This document shows, piece by piece, positions 23,401 to 31,899 of a stretch of 64,000 bases of DNA; positions within the stretch are counted from its first letter, which is position 1, and each line of letters opens with the position of its first letter. A program made the position numbers and the translations under genes. Source of the stretch: Squalus acanthias (lineage: Eukaryota); contig CM059432.1 in NCBI GenBank assembly GCA_030390025.1, positions 24,678,001 to 24,742,000 on the forward strand. The letters are read 5' to 3'. Under the pieces are notes generated by a model. It did not search any database, was not told the origin of the DNA, and saw only the letters and a list, made by a program, of their open reading frames with translations.

Positions 23401-24971
23401 AAGCCTTCCCTTGTCGAACAGCTACGGCACTGGGTACAGCAAAAATCTTGGTCCGGGAAGTGTTCTCGCGGTGGGGACTCCCCCGTTTTGTGGAGTCAGA
23501 CCAAGGGAGTCATTTCACCGGCCAGGTGATGCAGAACACCCTCATGCTTTTGGGCATTGAAGGGAAGTGGCACGTAGCACACAATCCCCAGTCATCCGGG
23601 ATTGTTGAACGTATGAACCGGACCCTGAAGGAGAAATTGAGGAAAGAGACTAGGAACTCGCCCCAAAAATGGGCGGAAGTTCTGCCTTTAGTCCTCATGG
23701 GGGTCCGGGCCAGTCAGTCAAAAAGTACGGGGTACTCCCCGCACGAGGTAATGACCGGCAGGCTCATGCGAACCCCCACCCATGTGCTAGCCCCGGTGCT
23801 CACTGAGGGTCAGCTCCAAGAGATAAGCAGGGACAAGTTCGCCCAGACTCTCTTGGAGCGCCTGAAGCAAGTTTATGAGCAGGCGGCTGGGAACATGGGA
23901 AGGCAGCATCAGGGCAATCGCTTGTTGCTGGAACCCCGCAAAACGCGGGAGTGGGAAGTAGGAGACCAGGTCATGGTCAGAAACTACGCCAGAGTAGGGA
24001 GTCTGGAACCACTGTATATGGGACCCTACAACATTGTAGACAAGGCGAGTCCCATGGTTTACGCCGTAAAAGTACCTCGGCGCACTAAGTGGTTCCACAT
24101 AAACCAATGCAAACTGTACCAGCCAGGTGCGCAGGGGAAAACTACAGGGGTAAATCCCGCCAATGGGAAAGCACAGCCCCAGGTAGGACCACAAGGCACA
24201 CAGGCAGGCATAGCAGCTTGCATCAGGGGAAGGGACATCCCGGACGATCATGCAGCGTTTTTCTGGAATTGGGGGTTAGATGAGGAAGAATTCAGGGTAC
24301 CCTGGTCAGATGAGGATAGTGCAGATGAGCATAGTGATGATGACGGGTGGTTCCTGAGGAACGGTCTGGAGGGAATGGGGGCTGTAGGTAGAGATCCACA
24401 CAGGGTGGACACACAAGCTGCAGGTCCCGAGGACAGGAGGGAGGAGCTAGAGGAGGCAGGGCCAGCCGCTATAGGAGCACAGAGAGTACCGGTGTGGCTC
24501 CCAGAGATGTGGCCGCCCGCTTTGAACGTCCAGTCCTCAGGGGAGGCAGAGATCACGAATGAAGGGCCGCCTGCTGGGCCGAGCAGGGCGGAGCCACGAA
24601 TTGCCAGCCCCGAGGTTAGGGAGGCGGAGTCAGCAGAGGCGGAGCCGGCGACTGTGATGGAACCCCAGGTCATCCCGATGGAGGTCTCGGAACCCGGTCC
24701 GTCCGTCACGGAACCCCCGCCCATAGCAACTCCCCGTAGGTCAAGTAGAGAACCCCAGCCCAGGAGGATGTGGTCATGTCCCCAGACTGCCCCAAGGCGT
24801 AAATTTCAGGTTAAGATAACCCGGGTACAGACCGGCCACATCGCAGCAGTAACAGGCTGCGGCAGATCAGAGGGAAGGGTCAGCGCAGCAACAGGCTGCG
24901 GCAGATCAGAGGGAAGGGTCAGTGCCCTCCCACCGTCGGGAAGAGCTCGCAGCAGCCTTCTCAGAATTTAA
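20448..24971 (+). CDS. pol: pol polyprotein: protease, RT, degenerate RNase H tether, RNase H, integrase, C-terminal extension
   Basis: LLDTGAS; LDISNGFW, LPQGF, YVDD; IYVDGSS/AQQAEL/SDS/GNRQADALA; HHCC, QIDYIG, SDQG, GIVERMN, GPY; open from the gag stop. Confidence 0.93.
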   Translation, partial: LEPAQPVYLCPLSYDAWRRPVVEMEVEKQKGSYLLDTGASCTIIHTDNPFDSPLSTKVPFTLAGFTGKEQAGTFSLPLSIRLGTLRLKWKCILMAWQKGGGRGILGSDLLAGHGILVDLRNHCLWGAKGEKGEVIVIPGEEETGVLCTVQPSGGYDLRLMVADVPTDMQTYVSDNMHAFATHKHDCGRVVGFEVSVDGDPMTRPQKQYNFPKEAEPDMETAMSSLVQQGVLRPIATHVNSPLWPVRKPDNSWRATVDYRVLNSNIPACAPTVAAVADLIGSIPASATTFTVLDISNGFWSIPLRREDQYKFAFTFKGQQYTWNCLPQGFHNSPSIFHQCMAGSLKEFSQPNQIVQYVDDLLLFTDSREEHGPLLDELLELLARKGFKINPKKARIGQREVKFLGLTIRAGERTIDKARRESVQELPIPNNVRGVRSFLGLTGYCRDFIEDYAATAAPLLRLLHKGVEWFWDEGCQAAFEKLKRDLQTAPALGAIDGGKEFFLEVAASGDSLSAVLLQERHGKLRPVVYSSRVLTDVERSFSNCERHLLATHWAVKRSAIFTGLSPITLLTHHTPTKMLLDGRIKDGTVSSARIARWTLLLSQLDLRVKGLCEPRLAANLVYPGTAHRCSVEGVWDVNIGLRAGIHPTGREIYVDGSSTVSAGERLTGCGVYDPAADLALAIKLPSTMSAQQAELSAVVYVVTHPDIFPTPYTICSDSMFTCNSCTEYLAIWSRRGYTSADGRPLTVKPLLEKILAAAVGEEGEIFIHKVKAHSSTEPRGEGNRQADALAREGARDGTFWNPYRTGPIAAVRGGDGNPGNPRVALPLDLKTVQAQDPALKAVLKTIAEGRQVEGPYSTATLSVKEGMLFREEQWVVPQQHRREFLQLAHEGPGAGHPGSEVTWQRVEQAGWWPGLREQVREFCANCLVCAANNPDPQKRKVPMGHVRRVEGPWQSIQIDYIGPLPTTQGGYKYCLVLVDVFSKWVEAFPCRTATALGTAKILVREVFSRWGLPRFVESDQGSHFTGQVMQNTLMLLGIEGKWHVAHNPQSSGIVERMNRTLKEKLRKETRNSPQKWAEVLPLVLMGVRASQSKSTGYSPHEVMTGRLMRTPTHVLAPVLTEGQLQEISRDKFAQTLLERLKQVYEQAAGNMGRQHQGNRLLLEPRKTREWEVGDQVMVRNYARVGSLEPLYMGPYNIVDKASPMVYAVKVPRRTKWFHINQCKLYQPGAQGKTTGVNPANGKAQPQVGPQGTQAGIAACIRGRDIPDDHAAFFWNWGLDEEEFRVPWSDEDSADEHSDDDGWFLRNGLEGMGAVGRDPHRVDTQAAGPEDRREELEEAGPAAIGAQRVPVWLPEMWPPALNVQSSGEAEITNEGPPAGPSRAEPRIASPEVREAESAEAEPATVMEPQVIPMEVSEPGPSVTEPPPIATPRRSSREPQPRRMWSCPQTAPRRKFQVKITRVQTGHIAAVTGCGRSEGRVSAATGCGRSEGRVSALPPSGRARSSLLRI

Positions 24972-25283
24972 AGGGGCCGCCCTGAGAACGGGCGGCACTG
25001 TATAGTAATAAGTTTTAAGTTTTAAGTTTATAGTTCAAGGTTAAGTTTTAAGTTTATAGTTCAAGGTTAAGTTTATAGCTTTAATAAGGTTAAGTTTGTA
25101 GTGTTTTTAACAGAAAACGATAAAATGATGGGAGCTTTAAAGATAGGTTCAGTTGAAGTTTATTCAGCGAACGTTGAAGTTTACGTGAGGCGAGGTCAGG
25201 GGACCCGCTCACCCTTCACAAAAGCCAGAGACTCTTGCGAGGCTGGCTACCTCATTCTATCTGATCACAGGAACCAAGGAAGG

Positions 25284-27635
25284 ATGGAACGAATTCTAGT
25301 ATTGCTCGTGGCAATCGGATGCGGATTGGCCTATCGAGGCCGCACCAAGGATGTCGTGGTGTTTGGATGTTCCGGGGACACGGCCCCCATCGCGGTGGAT
25401 GGGACCGGAAGACGGGAGGCAGAGGAGACCAGCACCTATTTCCACAAGGGAAGGTGGCCAGGATGGCTGGGAACGAACTCAACGGAGTATTCCAGCACAT
25501 CGGGGTTTGCCTACAAAGAGACTTCTTTACTGTGCCCCAAAGTAAGGATCATCGCACCCAGGATCAGCGTCACCGTCGGCAAACGGATTTGTTTGACTTG
25601 TAGTGGGAAGGTCCCATTGAGCCGATGGTGGTGGCTGCGAAAGCTGAGCAAAACTATGAGGAACTCTTCGGTCGAGTGGGAACGACTGGGTAATAATACC
25701 CATCGGACAATTACGGGGACAGACGGACAAGTGAAAGTCTGTTGGGACAAATGGTGGGAACCGGATGAGGGAATTTATGTATGTATGTGGGGGTCAAAGT
25801 ACGTTTGCCCCAAAGGCATCTCCATATTTTTTATTAATCAATGGCAGGATAACGGACAGGGGATGAGGTGGGATGCGAGCACCAGGGGGTGCGGAGCCCC
25901 ATTCTCCCCGATCCCGGTAAATGCCACTGAGCTCATTACGCGCCCACGCAAAGCCCCGCCCACGATTCCGGTGGTTCTAGCTGAGGAAGAAGGGTGCCCT
26001 AAAACTAGTAAGGGACCCGGGAATGGTTTGGTACTGGTCCCCACAGACCAGATACTATTTCAGGGGGTACATTACGCGGTGGCCTCGGTGATTTTAAATC
26101 TCACTGAGGTACGGTTACCAGAGTGGTGCCCCAAAAAGACGGAACAGTTGTACCAGGTCCTGTTGACCAAGATGTTCAGACAATTTTACGAATTCGATTT
26201 CGCGGAAATTGATAAAACAAGTTTGTACACCGCGCCACAGGAAGTTTTGGATCAAGTAGGGAGGCAAAGAAGGGGTTTGGTGAACGATGCGTTCACTGCT
26301 TTTAACACAGGTACATCTGTGGTCAACGCTCTAGACAGTGTGGAGCTGCAGACCCAGATTAATGGTTTAAAGACACAATTAAAGGACATTCTAACAGATG
26401 AGAATAAAGTGGTAGGGTCGGGTCTACACGAGGACCAAGCCATGACCCTCCATTTAAAGGAAATTATAGCAGAGTTGGAGAAACATGCAAAGACGGTAAA
26501 TGCCCTGATTAGGGAAGATCGGAATGCATCCGATCAAGCTGCGCAGAAGGAGGTGTGCGTGCTTTACGGGGCGTGGTTACTGGGCGAGGGCCGCAGTAAT
26601 TTGGAGGATTTAAAACAAGGTTTGGTTCCGTCCTGGATAAGTAACAAACACCTACGGGCGCTCCACCCTTTTCAGAACGCATTAAGCCCGTGCCAGCTCA
26701 GGCTAGCTTCAGAAGCATACCCAGTCCCCGTGGACTGTGGACGATCAAACCATACTATTATGGGTATAGTTTTACGTATGCCGGTTTTGGGCGACACAGC
26801 AAAGCCCGCCCCGGTATATCGGGTAGAGAACATTGGTGTCATTCAGGGGGGAGCCCACATTCGTTATGCAGCGGTTCCACCTTACGTCATCCGCTGGGAG
26901 CAAACGATGACAGGTACAGATCTCTCTGGTTGTCGTGGCAGGGGAGCACACATAATACTGTGCCCCCAGCACTTGAATGCCTTTTTAACACCACAGTGCG
27001 GGTTCAGAACGACTGGCGCCAAGTCCATGAATTGCACCATGGAGGCAATGGCACAAGATCATGTGCCTCCGCAGGTAGCATACATCGGGGGTGGAACATA
27101 TTGTGTTACCACTGCAGCGCAACACTACCAGCATGGAAACCGTAGCCGGTGTCCGGTGAGTGACAGCAGTTTCTGTTTTAAACCCAGGGCGGAAGTTCAA
27201 GTAGCACAACAGCGAATTATCCCAATCCCTGAACCATCCACTGTTCATCTCACAGTAAAAGAGAATTTCACCGACTTGCAGCGATTCGTCGCGCATTTTG
27301 GATACCTCATTCCCCCTCTCCCTGAACACCTCACCAAGCTTTTGAAAGCCGTCGCGGTATCACAGAAACATTTTTATACATTAGAGCAGAAAACTGTCGA
27401 AATAGGAACAGACATTCTGGATATAGTAGTTCCACCGTGGTGGAATCTGTTCACCAATATTGAAGTACCTTCATGGATCAGAATAGCCTCCCACATTTTA
27501 GTCGTATGCCAAGTTTTCATTGTAGTGTACCTATTGGTTGTACATTGTAAAAGAGACAAACGCCTCACCAAGCATGAAAACACGGGAGAGTGGCGAGAAC
27601 GTTACGTGCGCGTGCACGATGAGAGCACCGTGTAA
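25284..27635 (+). CDS. env: env: signal peptide, Ig-like domain, class I fusion glycoprotein, TM anchor (783 aa)
   Basis: MERILVLLVAIGCGLA signal; LTC..W..DEGIYVC; RQRR/GLV furin site at 26262-26273 followed by heptads; Cys-rich block; TM IASHILVVCQVFIVVYLLVV; N-glycosylation sequons. Confidence 0.85.
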   Translation: MERILVLLVAIGCGLAYRGRTKDVVVFGCSGDTAPIAVDGTGRREAEETSTYFHKGRWPGWLGTNSTEYSSTSGFAYKETSLLCPKVRIIAPRISVTVGKRICLTCSGKVPLSRWWWLRKLSKTMRNSSVEWERLGNNTHRTITGTDGQVKVCWDKWWEPDEGIYVCMWGSKYVCPKGISIFFINQWQDNGQGMRWDASTRGCGAPFSPIPVNATELITRPRKAPPTIPVVLAEEEGCPKTSKGPGNGLVLVPTDQILFQGVHYAVASVILNLTEVRLPEWCPKKTEQLYQVLLTKMFRQFYEFDFAEIDKTSLYTAPQEVLDQVGRQRRGLVNDAFTAFNTGTSVVNALDSVELQTQINGLKTQLKDILTDENKVVGSGLHEDQAMTLHLKEIIAELEKHAKTVNALIREDRNASDQAAQKEVCVLYGAWLLGEGRSNLEDLKQGLVPSWISNKHLRALHPFQNALSPCQLRLASEAYPVPVDCGRSNHTIMGIVLRMPVLGDTAKPAPVYRVENIGVIQGGAHIRYAAVPPYVIRWEQTMTGTDLSGCRGRGAHIILCPQHLNAFLTPQCGFRTTGAKSMNCTMEAMAQDHVPPQVAYIGGGTYCVTTAAQHYQHGNRSRCPVSDSSFCFKPRAEVQVAQQRIIPIPEPSTVHLTVKENFTDLQRFVAHFGYLIPPLPEHLTKLLKAVAVSQKHFYTLEQKTVEIGTDILDIVVPPWWNLFTNIEVPSWIRIASHILVVCQVFIVVYLLVVHCKRDKRLTKHENTGEWRERYVRVHDESTV

Positions 27636-27922
27636 TCGGAAAATGGCGTCACTCCCGCTCGCCGCGTGCGCCGCGGAAGTTTGTACTCATATAAGATTTT
27701 CAGAGATTGTAAATACGTTGGGAACTCGACATGTTTTAAGAGTTGGTGTTGATTTATTTTGGTGATGGTGTTACAGTTAAAAATGATTGTTTGGTTTTGG
27801 GTTTTGTTTCTCCTTTCCCTGAATAAAAGATGAATATACAGGTGATACGAGAGGCATCGGCCTGGTTACGCCGGGAAGGAAAACAAGTGGTGTAAGTGTA
27901 AGGGCAAATAATGCCTACGGTG

Positions 27923-28222
27923 AATCTGTGCTTATGACATGTATTTCATAATCTTAAGTATCATGCAATAAAGATTTTCCATTTCGTACCATTCAAACCA
28001 AGTCTACATGAGTTTTATCTCCATTACTGCTCTCGCATCTAAGTCCAGTGTCTAGAACCGTAAGGGAGAGTGATTCGAACCACTCACAGGTGTGTCTAGT
28101 GTTCCCAGACTGGCTGGAGACCAGAACAGGCAGCAAGGCCTAGACCCGCACTGACATACAGGCTGCACAGAGCCGCGTGAATCTCACAGGCCACGAGACA
28201 CGCAGGGTCAGAATCCCTTACA
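27923..28222 (+). repeat. 3' LTR remnant (distal 300 bp only)
   Basis: Matches 18330-18630 with 4 substitutions and 1 indel by eye. Confidence 0.9.
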
Positions 28223-28399
28223 AGGAGGAGGGGGTAGAGAAATTCGATAGGATAAAAATAGATACAGAGACGTACTTAAAAGGTTGGCAGCACTCAAAGT
28301 ACAAAAGTCACCCGGTCTGGATGGGATGCATCCATGGTTGCTGAGGGAAGTAAGGGTGGAAATAACGGAAGCTCTGGCCACAATCTTTCAATCCAAATT

Positions 28400-29852
28400 A
28401 ATGTAATCCCACTATTTAAAAAAGGCGGTAGAGAGAAAACGGGGAATTATAGATTGGTAAGCTTGACATCGGTAGTGGGGAAAATGCTAGAGTTCATTAT
28501 AAAAGATGTAATAGCAGAGCACTTGGAAAACAGTGACAGGATCGGACAAAGTCAACATGAATTTACAAAAGGTAAATCATGCTTGACTAATCTACTGGAA
28601 TTTTTTGAGGATGTAACTGGCAGAATAGATAAGGGAGAACCAGTGGATGTGGTATATTTGGACTTTCAGAAGGCTTTCGATAAGGTCCCACATAAGAGAT
28701 TAGCGTGCAAAATTAAAGCACATGGGATTGGGGGTAAGGTACTGAATTGGATAGAGAACTGGCTGGCAGACAGGAAGCAAAGAGTTGGAATAAACGGGTC
28801 TTTTTCCGAGTGGCAGGCAGTGACTAGTGGGGTACCGCAGGGATCAGTGCTAGGACCCCAGTTATTCACAATATATATTAATGATCTAGATGAGGGAACT
28901 AGATGTAATATCTCCAAGTTTGCAGACGACACAAAGCTGGGTGGGCGTAATGCTATGAGGAGGATGCAGAGAAACTCCAGTATGATTTGGACAGGTTGGG
29001 TGATTGGGCAGATGTATGGCAGATGCAGTATAATGTGGATAAATGCGAGGTTATCTACTTTGGTGGCAAAAACAGGAAGACAGATTATTATCTGAACGGC
29101 AATAGATTGGGAAAAGGGGAAGTGCAACGAGACCTGGGTGTCCTTGTGCACCAGTCTCTGAAGGTAAGCATGCAGGTGCAGCAGGCGGTTAAGAAGGCAA
29201 GTGGTATGTTGGCCTTCATAGCAAGAGGATTCGAGTACAGGAGCAAGGATGTCTTGCTGCAGTTGTACAAGGCCTTGGTGAGACCACACCTTGAGTATTG
29301 TGTGCAGTTTTGGTCACCTTATCTGAGGAAGGATGTTCTTGACATGGAGGGAGTGCAGCGAAGATTCACCAGACTGATACCCGGGATGGCAGGAATGACG
29401 TATGAAGAGAGATTGGGTCGATTAGGCTTATATTCGCTCGAGTTTAGAAGACTGAGAGGGGATCTCATTGAAACTTATAAAATTCTAACAGGACTCGACA
29501 TACTTGATGCAGGATGGATGTTCCCGATGGCGGGGGAGTCCAGAACCAGGGGTCATAGTCTAAGGATAAGGGGTAAGCCATTTAGGACTGAGATGAGGAG
29601 GAATTTCTTCACCCAGAGAGTGGTGAGCCTGTGGAATTCTCTACCACAGAAGGCAGTTGAGGCCAATTCATTAAATATATTCAAGAAGGAGTTAGATATA
29701 TTTCTTAAGGCTAAAGGGATCAAGGGATATGGGGAGAAAGCAGGGACAGGGTACTGAATTTGGATGATCAGCCATGATCTCATTAAATGGTGGGGCAGGC
29801 TCGAGGGGCTGAGTGGCCTACTCCTGCTCCTATCTTCTATGTTTCTATGTTT
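28400..29852 (+). mobile_element. Younger 5'-truncated CR1 inserted in an older CR1
   Basis: [45 protein letters not shown]; (ttctatgt)n tail; host CR1 resumes at ~29853. Confidence 0.88.
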
Positions 29853-30560
29853 CTTGGATATAGGAATGGTGCCAGAGGACTGGAGGTTTGCAAATGTTAC
29901 ATCTCTGTTCAAAAAAGGGAAGTGGGATAAACCCGGTAAATACAGCTTAGTCAATCTGGTCACTTGGAAAAACATGGGTTAATAAATGACAACCAGCATG
30001 TATTTCTTAAAGGCAAATCATGTCTGACAAATTTGATTGAGCTCTTTGGTGAAGTAACGGGGAGGATTGATGAGGTTGGTGTGGTTGATGTGTATATGGA
30101 TTTCAAAAGACGTTTGATAATGTGTAACATTATAGACGTGTTAGAAAAATTGGAGCCCATGGGATTAAAGGAGCAGTGACAGTGAGGATACGAAAACGGC
30201 TAAGAAACAGAAAACAGAGAGTAGTGGCGAATGGTTGTATTTCAGACTGGAAGCAGTATCTAGTGATGTCCCCCAGGTGTTGGTATTAGGACAATTGGTC
30301 TTTTTGACATATATTAATCACCTGGACATGGGTATAAAGGGCATAATTTCAAAGTTTGCAGTGAGGAGGATAATAGCAGACTTCATGAGGATATAGACAG
30401 ACTGGTGAAATTTAATGCAGATAAGTGCGAAGTGATGCATTTTGGAAGGAAGAATGAGGAGACAAAATATTAACTAAATGGTACAATTTTAATGGGGATG
30501 TAGGAGCAGAGAGACCTGGAAGTTTATATACACAAATCTTTGAAAGTGGCAGGATAAGTT
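29853..30560 (+). mobile_element. Degenerate CR1 ORF2 fragment (resumes ~34293-34590)
   Basis: [29 protein letters not shown]; many indels. Confidence 0.8.
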
Positions 30561-31540
30561 TTTTTTTATTATTCGTTCCTGGGATGTGGGCGTCGCTGGC
30601 AAGGCCAGCATTTATTGCCCATCCCTAATAATTGCCCTTGAGAAGGGTGGTGGTGAGCCGCCTTCTTGAACCGCTGCAGTCCATGTGGTGAAGGTACTCC
30701 CACAGTGCTGTTAGGGAGGGAGTTCCAGGATTTTGATCCAGCGACAATGAAGGAATGGAGATATATTTCCAAGTCAGGATGGTGTGTGACTTAGAGGGGA
30801 ACTTGGAGGTGGTGGTGTTCCCATGCGCCTGCTGTCCTTGTCCTTCTAGGTGGTAGAGGTCGCGGGTTTGGGAGGTGCTGCCGAAGAAGCCTTGGCGACT
30901 TGCTGCAGTGCATCTTGTAGATGGTAAACACAGCAGCCACGGTACGCTGGTGGTGCAGGGAATGAATGTTTAAGGTGGTGGATGGGGTGTCAATCAAGCG
31001 GGCTGCTTTGACCTGGATTGTGTCGAGCTTCTTGAGTGTTGTTGGAGCTGCACTCATCCAGGCAAGTGGAGAGTTTTCCATCACTCCTGACTTGTGCCTT
31101 ATAGATGGTGGAAAGGATTTGGGGAGTCAGGAGGTGAGACACTCGCTGCAGAATACCCAGCCTCTGACCTGCTCTTGTGGCCACAGTATTTATGTGGCTG
31201 TTCCAGATAAGTTTCTGGTCAATGGTGACCCCCAGGATGTTGATGATGGGGGATTCGGTGATGGTAATGCCGTTGAATGTCAAGGGGCGGTGATTAGACT
31301 CTTGCTTGTTGGAGATAGTCATTGCCTGGTGCTTGTGTGGTGTGAATGTTACTTGCTACTTATCAGCCCAAGCCTAAATGCCATCCAGGTCTTGCTGAAT
31401 GCGGGCACGGACTGCTTCATTATCTGAGGAGTTGCAAATGGAACTGAACACTGTGCAATCATCAGTGAACATCCCCATTTCTGACCTTATGATGGAGGAA
31501 AGGTCATTGATGAAGCAGCTGAAGATGGTTGGGCCTAGGA
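30560..31540 (-). mobile_element. 5'-truncated LINE of a second CR1/Jockey-group family
   Basis: ILGVTIDQKLIWNSHI, PLAWMSAAPTTLKKLDTIQ..AARLI; T-run at 30559-30568 is the tail. Confidence 0.8.
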
Positions 31541-31647
31541 CCCTTTGTACACACCGCCCGTTACTTCTATCGATTCGATGGTTTAGTGAGGTTCTCAGAT
31601 CGGCCCCGCTGGAGTCGGTGACGGCCCTGGAGAAGCACCAAGAAGAT

Positions 31648-31694
<47 letters not shown>

Positions 31695-31722
31695 TGTAGG
31701 TGGACCTGCAGAAGGATCGTTA
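31541..31722 (+). pseudogene. 18S rRNA 3'-terminal fragment, degenerate
   Basis: ccctttgtacacaccgccc ... aaacttgactatctagaggaagtaaaagtcgtaacaaggtttc ... gaaggatcgtta, with many transitions versus the conserved sequence. Confidence 0.92.
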
Positions 31723-31890
31723 TCGGCCGGGGGCCCGCCCATGGCGGCCCATCATCCTTTATACTTTTGAGCCTGAGGCGCGGAGGCCAGCAGGAGTGCT
31801 CCCGGGATGGTGCAGCCCAGAGCCTTGGTCGACTGCGTCCGGCGCCTCTTGCGCAAGCGAGAGGTTCAATCCAAAAAACTCGTCGAACTC
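31723..31890 (+). other. Probable ITS1 5' fragment
   Basis: GC-rich sequence contiguous with the 18S 3' end; right boundary approximate. Confidence 0.55.
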
Positions 31891-31899
31891 TCACGAACA

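Larger units (their letters stand above)
13460..28222 (+). mobile_element. Env-bearing LTR retroelement / endogenous lokiretrovirus-like provirus
   Basis: TGTA at 13460, TACA at 28219-28222, TSD AGGA at 13456-13459 and 28223-28226; gag-pol-env; 300-bp repeat 18330-18630 vs 27923-28222. Confidence 0.92.

Noticed and set aside
31541..31722. Functional rRNA gene
   Set aside because: Only ~180 nt and mutated at conserved positions
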